DNA from: a virus
Lineage: Duplodnaviria; Caudoviricetes
Strand: one strand, 5' to 3'
DNA length: 45,334 bases
Virus record (IMG/VR): IMGVR_UViG_3300012921_000047
Span: 1-45,334 of that record
The position numbers and the translations under genes were made by a program. Positions within the stretch are counted from its first letter, which is position 1, and each line of letters begins with the position of its first letter. The notes under the pieces are model-generated. The model saw nothing but the letters and a program-made list of their open reading frames with translations, was not told where the DNA came from and ran no database searches. Below, piece after piece: positions 17,206 to 26,700 of the stretch.

Positions 17206-19659
17206 TCAGTCGAAATATCCGATGTTGATCGCGTGCAGAAGATGCATGTGCATCGACGCCGACTCTGGACCACCCCACAAACCGTACCCACTGTCAGCGT
17301 CCGGGTAGGTGTAGCCATCCATCAGAATGCCGGTTCCGGGGTTCTGCAACCCGGCTCTCGCAGAGACGTAATCGAGGTAATCGGCGCATGCGCGCAAATC
17401 ACCGTCGGTCCGGCCGGGGGCCATCGCCAGCACGTATGCGGCGCTGATCCAGTTGCCGACGATGCCTCTGCGTTCGAGTTGTTTGCTCCACTTGCGCTCA
17501 TCGAGCTGGCGGCCGTTGCTGTACTCCAACGCGAACTGTCTTGCGTCCGGCAGCGCCGGCAGGCACGGATAAATGCTGTGAGCGTGAAGCGCGACGCCCA
17601 AGTTATAAAAGTGGTAGCTGGCACGCATGTCTTGAATGCTCTGACGCAGCGTTCCACCTGGCGATTGGTATGAATAACCCATTTTGTTGCCGATGCCGCC
17701 AGTCGTGTAGCCGACGGCAAAACGAGCGGCAATTCTATCTAGAGTGGCCTGACGAGTTGCATTTGGGGTAATGGCGAGCGATCGACACAAGAACAACATC
17801 GCGCTCGCCTCCGCGTTGTAGTTGTCACCCGCGTCGTAGCGCAACTTCATCTGACCACTACCGCCGGATGTCACCTCCGCCTGCACCGCGAAATCAGCCA
17901 TCGCGTGGATGTAACTCGTGATCTGCGCGGCCACGGTCGTCATGCCTTGCTCGATCGCCTTCTCACGCATGATCGGGAGACATCCGCTCGCGGGTCCGAT
18001 GAACTCCAACCCGAGTTGAGATGTGGAATGGTTCCATTTCGCATGCCACGACGACGCGTCCGCCGGCGCGATGTTGTACTCCGCGCACCACCGCTGGAAA
18101 ACCACCAGCGCGTCACGGATTGGCGGCTCTCGCCTGTCATCTTCAGCAGCCACCATCCAGCCCAACGCAACAGAGCCGTAAAACGACTTCGCTGGATCAG
18201 CAAGACCAATCGGCAGCCATGCGTCGATTAAGCGACGCGCGCTGTAGCGGATCGAGCGCAGGATGTCCGAGCGCGCCGCGCTGTTAGCTCGCGCGATGAT
18301 CGGGTTGTTGCACCGCAGGCATTCGTTTGCCGCCGTATCGAACTCGGTTGCGTAGTACCCCGCAAAACGAAAGTACGCACCCGCGGTGATCGTCGTGGGG
18401 TTCTTCGACCAGCCGATTCGAGCATAGTCAGCCTCGAAGTTCTGCTGGGGTGTGTAATCCATCGGGGACGAGCCATTGAGCCGATATGCGTCGGACTCCT
18501 GTTGCGCGCAGGACATGCCGAATACCAGCCGCGCCCCGTTCGCGTACGAGTATGCGACGTAGCCGTTTGTCGTGTCGTAGGTGCGCGTCGGTGTCGGGCT
18601 CACGATATTGGTGTGGTACATCGAAAGGCCATGATTGCCCGACGCGATCGTGTCCGCCACCTCAACGCGCACTTCATACTTTGCCCGGTTGTTGGCGAAG
18701 TGCCGCGTGCGAACGTAGACCGTAACGCCAGGCGCTGCGGCATAGGAGCATTTGCTCTCGATTTCCTGGTAGACGACACCGTAACCGGGGTTCGCCTCAT
18801 CAATCCGGCGAGACGACACGGCGGTTACATCCGCTTGAACCTGCAGGAACTTGTTGACACCGAATAGAGTCAGCCGGAGGTCGAGGCCGTTGCCCGTCGA
18901 ATTAAGGTTGAAGTTTCCGCGGCTCGGATCGCGCAGGATCTTTGGAATCCACGCCGTGGTCTCGCCCATCCGCGACTGCAGTGCGCTGGTCGTAAGAGTC
19001 CACACGGTCGCAGACTCGGCGTTGTACAACACGCGCGGCGCGTAGTTGTTGGATGTTCCGCCGACCCGAACCGTGAAGTTCTGCACCTCGTTCGCTGTGA
19101 ACGTTCCGAGTATCCACAGAGAGCCACGACGCACGGAGCCGTCCGGCCACGATTTATCGACTTCCTCCCAGGTTGCTGGGTCTTTCGCGTACTCCCACTG
19201 GCACGGCACCTCTGCTCCAGCAGAGTTATAGACCTTCAGCAGGGACGGATCGGTGCATTCGCCTTGATTGAACGACACCCGGATAACAGACGGCTCATCC
19301 GTCGAGGCGATGGATAGCGGGTTGCGGATCGATACATCCTGACCGGACCCGGATTGAAGCGCCTGCCGGACTACTCCAGATGCACCAACTATCGCTGCGG
19401 CGTAGTCCGGATCCACCGGCGGAATCCGCTTCGAGTCGGCCGGGTTCGCCATGGTCGGGAACCCCGGATATGCAGCGCCGGCATCGGTATAGGCCACCAG
19501 CACGCCCGCATTGAACATCGAGATCAGCACAAAGCTGTCATCGATGAACGGGATCTTCGAATCCAGCACGGGGGTCCGCTGCCCTGGCGGCAACTGCACC
19601 TGCTCACCCGTGCGCAGATTCATCACGACCAGCGACTGGCCTGTGTTCGCGATCAGCAT
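17206..19659 (-). CDS. large accessory protein (817 aa) in head module; putative YetA/PcRGLX-like polysaccharide lyase/glycosidase scaffold
   Basis: GAGG RBS before ATG 19659; VSFNQGE...LKVYNSAGAEVPCQW...WPDGSV motif resembles the YetA/PcRGLX N-terminal domain; beta-rich middle, helical aromatic-rich C-terminus; visibly lower GC. Confidence 0.55.
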   Translation of the reverse strand: MLIANTGQSLVVMNLRTGEQVQLPPGQRTPVLDSKIPFIDDSFVLISMFNAGVLVAYTDAGAAYPGFPTMANPADSKRIPPVDPDYAAAIVGASGVVRQALQSGSGQDVSIRNPLSIASTDEPSVIRVSFNQGECTDPSLLKVYNSAGAEVPCQWEYAKDPATWEEVDKSWPDGSVRRGSLWILGTFTANEVQNFTVRVGGTSNNYAPRVLYNAESATVWTLTTSALQSRMGETTAWIPKILRDPSRGNFNLNSTGNGLDLRLTLFGVNKFLQVQADVTAVSSRRIDEANPGYGVVYQEIESKCSYAAAPGVTVYVRTRHFANNRAKYEVRVEVADTIASGNHGLSMYHTNIVSPTPTRTYDTTNGYVAYSYANGARLVFGMSCAQQESDAYRLNGSSPMDYTPQQNFEADYARIGWSKNPTTITAGAYFRFAGYYATEFDTAANECLRCNNPIIARANSAARSDILRSIRYSARRLIDAWLPIGLADPAKSFYGSVALGWMVAAEDDRREPPIRDALVVFQRWCAEYNIAPADASSWHAKWNHSTSQLGLEFIGPASGCLPIMREKAIEQGMTTVAAQITSYIHAMADFAVQAEVTSGGSGQMKLRYDAGDNYNAEASAMLFLCRSLAITPNATRQATLDRIAARFAVGYTTGGIGNKMGYSYQSPGGTLRQSIQDMRASYHFYNLGVALHAHSIYPCLPALPDARQFALEYSNGRQLDERKWSKQLERRGIVGNWISAAYVLAMAPGRTDGDLRACADYLDYVSARAGLQNPGTGILMDGYTYPDADSGYGLWGGPESASMHMHLLHAINIGYFD

Positions 19660-19669
19660 AGACACCTCA

Positions 19670-20434
19670 TCAATCAGGAATGACGGGCTCCGCGTAGCAC
19701 CTGCAATTGGGCAGGCAGCCGGCGTGTCCCCGGAGGTTGTCGAGAGTCGGCGGCTCGCCCCAGCGGACGAACCGGCCGTTCATGGCCTTGTGTGAGGGCC
19801 GCACGTCGCCATCGCGAGCCGTGCGCCAGATGTATCCGGTGGAGCCCGCGTGCTCTGCGCGGGTCTGGGTGAGCACGCTGGATGTGCGCGCCACCTCGGT
19901 CCGGGCGATCAACATCGCCCTGTTCTCTGCGACCTCGCCGCTGCGCATGATCTCGGCGGCGATCTCTTTGGCCCGGGTGCCGTCTTCCAGCCCCCGGATG
20001 GTCAGTTCGTGCACGCGCTGCGCGGCGTCCAGCGGCAGGCTCTTGATCAGCGTCACCTGCTGACCCAGCAGCTCCTTCATGCGCTCGCCGGTCGGCGCTT
20101 CGAGGATCTCGCGGCGCAGCTCCGTCTTCATCTCGGCGGTGAGCACGCGCCAGTTAGCAAGGTCGCGCGCGTTCGCATCCGACAGCATCCGCTGCGCAAC
20201 ACCCAGCGCCCACGGTGTCAGCGCCTCGGCGTACCGGCGCAGCATGTCTTCGATGGTCGGCAGCGCCTGCGGGTCACCGGCCGGGAACGCCTTGATCAGC
20301 TCCCCGACCTGCCGCGCCAGCATGCGCAGGCTGCGGCCGTACTGCTCTTCAGCCCGCGTTGCCCTCTGCGGCTGCCCGCGCTTTTTCCTGTCCAGCGTCA
20401 GGACCAGCGGCGCTGGGATCATCTGAGCCGGCAT
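19670..20434 (-). CDS. head morphogenesis protein (Mu gpF/SPP1 gp7 family)
   Basis: RAMLIARTE, YIWRTARDGDVRPSH, HAGCLPNCRC. Confidence 0.92.
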   Translation of the reverse strand: MPAQMIPAPLVLTLDRKKRGQPQRATRAEEQYGRSLRMLARQVGELIKAFPAGDPQALPTIEDMLRRYAEALTPWALGVAQRMLSDANARDLANWRVLTAEMKTELRREILEAPTGERMKELLGQQVTLIKSLPLDAAQRVHELTIRGLEDGTRAKEIAAEIMRSGEVAENRAMLIARTEVARTSSVLTQTRAEHAGSTGYIWRTARDGDVRPSHKAMNGRFVRWGEPPTLDNLRGHAGCLPNCRCYAEPVIPD

Positions 20435-21857
20435 CGTTCTTCCCTTCCTGTCCGGGCGCGCCGGGCGGCACGTCACCCTCCATCGGGGGCGGCGGCTCGT
20501 CCTCGGCCTGCTTGATCAGCTCGTCGGTGATGTTCGACCAGGCGCCGGTGGTGCTCGCCATCTGGCGCAGCTCGCGCAGCGCCGTCGGCTTGTCGATGAT
20601 CTGGCTGTCGTACGCCGCCACCACGGCCGCGGAGCGCTGGTTCGTGACTGTCGCCTTCTGCTCGTCGGTCATCTGCCAGAGCGCCGAGAACTCGATGTCC
20701 CAGTCGTCCGGCGGCTCCTTCCCGAACACGGAGCGATACAGCAGGCCGTAGATGCGCTCCACGCCGGCGCGCAGCCGGGCTTCCTGCTGGGCGCGCACGT
20801 TGTCGTAGTAGTTGCGCAGGTCCGACTCGCCGGTGGCGTTCAGGCCGGCCGGCGACTGACCGAAGAGGCGCACTAGCGGGATGCCCGTCGCGCCGCTGAT
20901 CTGCTGGCCGAACTGGAGCAGCACGCTGTCGAGGCCCGTGAACGTGTAGCTCTCGGTCTGAAACTCGTCCTTGGCATCCAGCAGCGTCAGGCCTTCGTTC
21001 GACTGGTAGCGGCGGATCATTTCGATGTTCGCCACAAGGCCGTTGAAGGCCGGGCCACCCATCGCGATGATTTCGCGCAAGCCCTCGATCTTGATCGTGC
21101 GCAGGTGCGCCTTATAGACCAGCTGCGCAGCGCCGGCCGTCGCGCTGTCGAACGGCACCAGCCTGTCCCACAGGCGTTCCACCACCGACTGTCCCCAGCC
21201 GTTCTCGGAGATGCGCTGCCAGTACGGCAGCTCGATGCCATCAAGCCGCACGACACGGCTGTGGTGGATGCGCATGCCCATGAGGCCGGACGCATCGGGC
21301 AGCACGTCGTAGAACCGCGGTTTACCCAGCTCCGGCCCGAAGTCCGTCACCAGATCCTGAAGACTGGGCTGGACCATCCAGCGATCCAGCGGCATCACGC
21401 CGCGGAACTTGCCATTGTCGACCGACTGCATCCGCAGCGGCGTTTTCAGGTCTTGGCCGTCGATCATCAGCACGCCGATGGCGCCGCCGTAGAGGCGTGA
21501 CCACTTCACGACCTCGCACAGCTGCGGCCACACGCCCAGCCGTCCGGCTTCCTTCTCGAGACGCTGAAGTTCGTCCGGCTCCATGTCGGACTGGATCTCG
21601 ACACCCTCGCGGGTCATATCCTCGGCGACGGTGTCCACCACCTGACCGACCACCCAGCTTGAGCGGTACGCGAACTCCAGTTGCACGCGGTTGCGGCTGA
21701 CCGGGTTGAATCCGTACTTCGCGCCATCGTTCGCGCTGCCCGCGCCGACGCCGGTGCGGGTCATGAAGTTCTGGAAGCTGTCTCCGGTGCGGATGCCAAC
21801 GCCGGCATCGCGCGCCGCGGCTCGCAGCTTCTGTCGGCGGGCGCTCTGTCGGCTCAT
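20349..21857 (-). CDS. portal protein (DUF1073 family)
   Basis: AEDMTREG, WSRLYGG, IPLVRLFGQSPAGLNATGESDLRNYYD; follows terminase. Confidence 0.9.
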   Translation of the reverse strand: MSRQSARRQKLRAAARDAGVGIRTGDSFQNFMTRTGVGAGSANDGAKYGFNPVSRNRVQLEFAYRSSWVVGQVVDTVAEDMTREGVEIQSDMEPDELQRLEKEAGRLGVWPQLCEVVKWSRLYGGAIGVLMIDGQDLKTPLRMQSVDNGKFRGVMPLDRWMVQPSLQDLVTDFGPELGKPRFYDVLPDASGLMGMRIHHSRVVRLDGIELPYWQRISENGWGQSVVERLWDRLVPFDSATAGAAQLVYKAHLRTIKIEGLREIIAMGGPAFNGLVANIEMIRRYQSNEGLTLLDAKDEFQTESYTFTGLDSVLLQFGQQISGATGIPLVRLFGQSPAGLNATGESDLRNYYDNVRAQQEARLRAGVERIYGLLYRSVFGKEPPDDWDIEFSALWQMTDEQKATVTNQRSAAVVAAYDSQIIDKPTALRELRQMASTTGAWSNITDELIKQAEDEPPPPMEGDVPPGAPGQEGKNDAGSDDPSAAGPDAGQEKARAAAEGNAG

Positions 21858-21862
21858 GTGTC

Positions 21863-23329
21863 TCATCCTTCCGCCAGCCGTGCGAACACCTCGAGGATGT
21901 TGCCCGCGGCCACCATGTCTTTCAGTGCGTCACACATCGGATCGATCTGGTCGTCGTGCGCATGCGTGTCGTTCGGCGTGAAGGCCTCGCACTCGGCGAT
22001 GAACTCTGACACCCACGGCGCTTCCTCGGGAATGTAGGCCCGCCCTGACTCGACGTAGCCCTGCACGTCCATCACCCGGGTCAGCTTGTCCGTGTGACGC
22101 TCGATAGGCAGCACCGGGATGCTGCTGGTCATGGACAGGTCCTGAATCAGCCCCGTGCCGCTCGCCTTGTCTTCCACCATCAGCGCGCGCAGGCCGCCGT
22201 ACTGCACCGTGTCCCAGGCGTTGTGCTTCTCCCAGAAATCGACGGTTCGACGCTTGAGCTCCGGCGCCATCCACTTCCCGCGGATGAGGTCGACGAGGTA
22301 GGCGTTGCCGTCCTCGCCGCGTCCCCAGCACTCCAGCACGCTGTAGTCGTTGTGTTCCTTGGTCTTCTGCGCCGTGTCGGCGTAGATCTTCCGGTACATG
22401 ATCCGCGGCAGCGTCCGGTACCGGCGGAACCACTCGCCCCGCAGCAGGCCACCACCGAGAGGCGCCGGCCGCTGCTGGTACTGGGCGGCATACACGTAGC
22501 TGCTCGCCGATCTGAGCACCGCCAGTGCGCGCTCGTCGTGCTTCTCCGGCCAGAGTGCGGCGCCGATCTCGCGGCACAGGGGGTCGTCCTCGCTGTCGCA
22601 CTCCGCCGGCAGCGTGACGCGCTCCCACTGCTCGCCGTTTCCGCCACCGATCAGCCAGCCGGCCAGGTCCTTCTCATGGACCCGCTGCATGATCAGGATG
22701 ATCGGTGTGTTCGCCGGGTCGTTCTTCCGCGACTCCAGCGTGTTCTGAAACCAGTCGATGACGTTCTGGCGCATCACATCGCTGGTGGCTTCGTCCGGCT
22801 TGTGCGGGTCATCGATGATGATCGCGCCGCCGAACCCGGGCCGGTGCTTGCCGGCGCCGTAGCCGGTGATCGTGCCGCCCGCCCCTGAGGCATACACGAT
22901 GCCGTTCGCCGTGGTGCGCCACTCGCCCTTCGCGCTGCTGTCGGTTCGCAGCCGCGTGCCCGGGAAGATCTGCTGGTACGCCTCGTGCTGGATCAGCTCT
23001 CGCGCCACCCAGGCGTTGTTCGTCGCCAGCGCGCCGGAGTAGCTGGTCATGATGAACTCGCTGTCCGGCACCTTTCCCAGGCACCAGGCAACCCAGTTGA
23101 TCACCAGCTCTGTCTTCGAGTACCGCGGCGGAATGTTGATGATCAGCCGCCGGCTCTCTCCGTTGAACACCCGCTCCAGCGCGGCGCAGATGACCCGGTG
23201 GTGCGGCGCCCGCATCCACTTGAAGCCCTTGCGCTGCAAGAACATCCAGCGGGCGAAGTAGTACAGGTCCTCCCGCGCCATCTGCGCCGCAGCGAAGCGT
23301 TCGTCCTCGCTGAACTGGCGCATGGTCAC
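21863..23329 (-). CDS. terL: terminase large subunit
   Basis: Walker A IPPRYSKT, Walker B IIIDDPHK, nuclease DTAQK...VEDKASG...HDDQID. Confidence 0.95.
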   Translation of the reverse strand: MTMRQFSEDERFAAAQMAREDLYYFARWMFLQRKGFKWMRAPHHRVICAALERVFNGESRRLIINIPPRYSKTELVINWVAWCLGKVPDSEFIMTSYSGALATNNAWVARELIQHEAYQQIFPGTRLRTDSSAKGEWRTTANGIVYASGAGGTITGYGAGKHRPGFGGAIIIDDPHKPDEATSDVMRQNVIDWFQNTLESRKNDPANTPIILIMQRVHEKDLAGWLIGGGNGEQWERVTLPAECDSEDDPLCREIGAALWPEKHDERALAVLRSASSYVYAAQYQQRPAPLGGGLLRGEWFRRYRTLPRIMYRKIYADTAQKTKEHNDYSVLECWGRGEDGNAYLVDLIRGKWMAPELKRRTVDFWEKHNAWDTVQYGGLRALMVEDKASGTGLIQDLSMTSSIPVLPIERHTDKLTRVMDVQGYVESGRAYIPEEAPWVSEFIAECEAFTPNDTHAHDDQIDPMCDALKDMVAAGNILEVFARLAEG

Positions 23330-23880
23330 ACCTCGTCGGCCATCCCCTTCGCGATCTCGCGGAACTGCTCAGGGGTCATCGTCATGGCCTGCACCGGTCC
23401 GCCGTTCGGGCCTGTGTGCTCCACCTTGTCCTTGAACATGCCGAAGTGCCGGCCCAGCAGCTCAAGGTTCTTCACCTTGTCCGGCCACTTGATCTTCTTC
23501 AGGATGCCGATCATCTCGCGCTGCTCGCCGCGGCCCTCGAACATCTCGGCCAAGTCGAAGCCGCTCAGGTACTGGCGCCAGACCTTCGGCCACTCGCTGA
23601 CCGGCTTGATCGCCATGTCGTCGTCCATGATGTCCAGGACGTCCATCTGGTCGATTTCGATCATCCGCTTCAGCACGTAGTCGGCATCGACCTCGGTGCG
23701 CTCCGCGCGTGCCTTCTTCGCCGCGGCTATAGCGGCGGCCACATCAACATTCCTCAACAGTCGCTCGCCCTGTGACGCGGCCGTCTTGGCGCTGTATCCG
23801 GCGCGGGTTGCTGCCTGGGTGGCGTTCAGGTCGATCAGGTACTCATCGACGAAGCGCTGCTGTCGGGGGGTGAGGTCCAT
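23326..23880 (-). CDS. terS: terminase small subunit
   Basis: FVDEYLIDLNATQAATRAGYS...KIKWPDKVKNLELLGRH. Confidence 0.95.
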   Translation of the reverse strand: MDLTPRQQRFVDEYLIDLNATQAATRAGYSAKTAASQGERLLRNVDVAAAIAAAKKARAERTEVDADYVLKRMIEIDQMDVLDIMDDDMAIKPVSEWPKVWRQYLSGFDLAEMFEGRGEQREMIGILKKIKWPDKVKNLELLGRHFGMFKDKVEHTGPNGGPVQAMTMTPEQFREIAKGMADEV

Positions 23881-23994
23881 GTCGGCACCTTTCGCGGTGA
23901 CCGCATGCGTGCGGCAGGAAAATATCGCCGGAACCGACCGAAAACGGCTCCGGCAAAGGACAACGGGGAGGAGATGTCACAGACGACAGACGAC

Positions 23995-24026
23995 AAAAAG
24001 CCCGCCGGGATTTCTCCGGGCGGGCT
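23995..24026 (-). terminator. tR'-like terminator in late leader
   Basis: Minus strand AGCCCGCCCGGA-GAAA-TCCCGGCGGGCT-TTTT about 20 nt after the late promoter -10. Confidence 0.75.
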
Positions 24027-24047
24027 ATTGGTGCCTATCCGAAACGG

Positions 24048-24077
24048 ACTCTAATCCCACATCGGATTTGGAGTCAA
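24048..24077 (-). promoter_or_regulatory. late promoter (pR'-like)
   Basis: Minus strand TTGACT-N18-TAGAGT preceded by an A-tract, right after the Q-position gene and before a terminator. Confidence 0.6.
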
Positions 24078-24083
24078 TTTTTT

Positions 24084-24662
24084 TCAGCGCTCCACGAGGC
24101 CGTTCGTGAACAAATTGTCATCGATGGCCTTCATCGCGCGGCCCTCGATGCCGACGAGGTGTTTCGCGATGCGCTTCGCGTGGTCACCCATCGTGTCCCG
24201 TCCGACGCCAGCGTGTTCCGCCAACTCGCCCAGATTGACGGTGTCGCCGAAGATGCGGCGGACGATGCCATTCCGAACGCGGTAGTGGCTCACGGTGCCG
24301 GCCAGGGCCATCCGTAGCACGTACTCGGTCAGATGATCGATTGCCGCGCGCCACTCTCGGCCGGGCACGTAGCCGCTGCAACATGGGCGCGTGCACTCGC
24401 ACTCTTCACGACGCGGTGCGAAACGTGCGGTGATCACCATCGCCTCTTCACGGCCCAGCGCATCGACGGCGGCGCGGATCATCCCGGCCTGCCCTGCCCC
24501 GTCCAGACCAACGAGACCTTTCCCGCTGCGCTTGGGGCCGTCGGCCATGCGGTTCATCACCGGCCGGTCGTACGCTTGGTGGCTGAAGTTGAAGGCGAAC
24601 ACCAGCGCCGCGTGCGTGCTCGCGAACAGCGGTTCGATCTCTGCCGCAACTGCACCCATCAC
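24084..24662 (-). CDS. putative late gene regulator/antiterminator (Q position)
   Basis: Last early gene before late promoter and terminator; CECTRPCC Cys cluster and C-terminal HTH-like segment (LGELAEHAGVGRDTM). Confidence 0.6.
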   Translation of the reverse strand: MMGAVAAEIEPLFASTHAALVFAFNFSHQAYDRPVMNRMADGPKRSGKGLVGLDGAGQAGMIRAAVDALGREEAMVITARFAPRREECECTRPCCSGYVPGREWRAAIDHLTEYVLRMALAGTVSHYRVRNGIVRRIFGDTVNLGELAEHAGVGRDTMGDHAKRIAKHLVGIEGRAMKAIDDNLFTNGLVER

Positions 24663-25087
24663 TCGCCCTCCATCACTTCACGAATTTCCACCTGGACACC
24701 CGGCACCGCGCTGTAGCGCTTTCGCTTCGTCACCTCCACGACCTGCACGTCGTCGTTCCACACCACGCCGTTCAAACCGTCGAAGATCGCCTTCTCGACG
24801 TTGTCGATGTCCGGCTTTTTCGTGGGCAGCACCTGTCCGTCAAGGGCCTGGCTCTGCTTGCGCTTTGACCAACTGGCCGGCACCGGCAATCGGATATCCA
24901 GCCTCACGCTCACCGCACCGGAGATCAGATCGCGCCCGTTCATTGCGACCTGCCCGGAATGCGCCACGAGACCCTCGTAGTTCGCTGTCTTCTCGGGCGT
25001 GTAGAGCTGCGCGAACTTTCCGCCGCGACTCGCCACCTTCGGGCGGCCCTTTCCGACAGGGGTGCCGGGCACGGTAAAGCTGATCAC
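24659..25087 (-). CDS. rusA: Holliday junction resolvase RusA
   Basis: FTVPGTPVGKGRP...KKPDIDNVEKAIFDGLNGVVWNDDVQV; start reassigned to GTG 25087. Confidence 0.92.
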   Translation of the reverse strand: MISFTVPGTPVGKGRPKVASRGGKFAQLYTPEKTANYEGLVAHSGQVAMNGRDLISGAVSVRLDIRLPVPASWSKRKQSQALDGQVLPTKKPDIDNVEKAIFDGLNGVVWNDDVQVVEVTKRKRYSAVPGVQVEIREVMEGE

Positions 25088-25296
25088 GGCCGCTTCCTCG
25101 CCTGCCACAGGTCGAAAACCGCCTCCCTGACCTTCTCCAGCTCGTCCGGCGACATCGTGGCCGCCAGCGCGTCCCTCACATGCCGTGGCTGTTCCGAAAT
25201 CCATCTGATCCTGCATTTCTCGCATCCCTCCCGATACCATCCCGATCTCCCGTTGTTCGCCGCTGCCCGCGCGCAGCAATCGCATTCATCGGCCAT
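25084..25296 (-). CDS. small Cys-rich hypothetical protein
   Basis: 70 aa with CDCC...CEKC; fills the gap between dnaB and rusA, GTGA overlap. Confidence 0.6.
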   Translation of the reverse strand: MADECDCCARAAANNGRSGWYREGCEKCRIRWISEQPRHVRDALAATMSPDELEKVREAVFDLWQARKRP

Positions 25297-25308
25297 CCGT
25301 TCGCCTGA

Positions 25309-26700
25309 TCAGTCGCACAGCGCGCCTTTTCGGTACCCCTTCTGGCTGGACTCCGCCGCTTGTTCCGCGGCTTGCCGGTACGCATCGCGATCCGCGTTGC
25401 CGTAGAACACCGTCGATCCATCCCACGCCAGCGGCGTGAATCCGCCGGACTGCCCGTTGCGCTGCTTGAGCCACAGCAGCTCGGCCAATCCCTTGTAGGG
25501 ACTGTTGTCGAAATAGACCTCGTCCCGGTACAGCGCCCACACGACATCGGCGTCCTGCTCGATCTCTCCGGAATCCCGCAGGTCGCTCATGACGGGGCGC
25601 TTGTTGGGGCGCTGCTCCACGCCTCGATTCAGTTGGGACAAGGCAATGACGGGCACGCCCATGTCCTTGGCGAGCGCTTTCAGGCCGCGGCTGATGCTGC
25701 CCACCTCCTGGGTGCGGTTGTCTCCCTCGCCCCGCATGAGCTGCAGGTAGTCGATAACGATCAGGCCGAGCCCGCCCATCTTTCGCTTGGCCTGGCGCGC
25801 CTTCGTACGGATGTCCCACAGCGTGAGCGCTGCTTCGTCGTCGATCGTCAGCGGCATCTCGTGGATGCGAGACAGCGCTGCCGTCATCCGACCCCAGTCG
25901 GCATCGTTCAGGGCCCGCTCGCCCATGAGGCCAGCCATCGGTATCCGGCCCAGGCAGGACAGCAGTCGGTCACCCAGCTGCTCCGCCTGCATCTCCATCG
26001 ACGACACCAGCACTGGCGCGCCCGACTCAGCCACGTTGGCGGCGATGCGCAGCGAAAGCGCGGTTTTTCCCATCCCGGGACGGGCGGCGAGGATGATCAG
26101 GTTGCCCGGTTGCAGGACACGGCCGCGCGCATCGATGTCGGCGAACCCGGTCTCCAAGCCCGGCGGCGTGTCGCTGTCGTAGCGAGACTGGATGCGGTCG
26201 ATGCACTGGATCATCACTTCCTGCACGGTCCGCGGCTCGCGCGACACCCCGGAATCGCACAGCTCCATGACCCGGGCCTGCGCGAACTCCAGCTTTTCCG
26301 ATGTCTCGCCAGCCTGCATGGCGCGGTGTGCGATCTCGTCACCGGCCGACATCAGCGCGCGCAGCACTGCCCGATCCGTCACCGTCTCCGCGTACCGGTG
26401 GATGTTCGCCGCGCTGGGCGTGTTGTTCGCGATCTCGCCCAGGTAGGCGAGCCCGCCGACACGCTCCGCATCGCCGGACTGCTCCAGCGCATCGAACACC
26501 GTCACCACGTCGGCCGGCTTCCCCGCGCCGATCAGCGTGCAGATGGCCGTGAAGATGCGCCGGTGGTCGTCGCGGAAGAAGTGCTCCGGCCGCAAGGCGC
26601 TGATGCGATCGATGGCGCCGTTGTCCAGCAGGAGCCCGCCCAGCACGGACTGCTCCGACTCGATGCTGTGCGGCGGAAGCCGAAGGTCGTCACGCTGCAT
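25309..26700 (-). CDS. dnaB: replicative DNA helicase, DnaB family
   Basis: PPHSIESEQSVLGGLL, AARPGMGKT, IDYLQL, LSQLNR, DLRDSGEIEQDAD; GGAGG RBS before ATG 26700. Confidence 0.95.
   Translation of the reverse strand: MQRDDLRLPPHSIESEQSVLGGLLLDNGAIDRISALRPEHFFRDDHRRIFTAICTLIGAGKPADVVTVFDALEQSGDAERVGGLAYLGEIANNTPSAANIHRYAETVTDRAVLRALMSAGDEIAHRAMQAGETSEKLEFAQARVMELCDSGVSREPRTVQEVMIQCIDRIQSRYDSDTPPGLETGFADIDARGRVLQPGNLIILAARPGMGKTALSLRIAANVAESGAPVLVSSMEMQAEQLGDRLLSCLGRIPMAGLMGERALNDADWGRMTAALSRIHEMPLTIDDEAALTLWDIRTKARQAKRKMGGLGLIVIDYLQLMRGEGDNRTQEVGSISRGLKALAKDMGVPVIALSQLNRGVEQRPNKRPVMSDLRDSGEIEQDADVVWALYRDEVYFDNSPYKGLAELLWLKQRNGQSGGFTPLAWDGSTVFYGNADRDAYRQAAEQAAESSQKGYRKGALCD

Noticed and set aside
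20349-21857. DUF1073 protein as anti-CBASS Acb1-type nuclease
   Set aside because: Size, motifs and position after terL indicate portal; no appended HxT/HxS phosphoesterase domain seen
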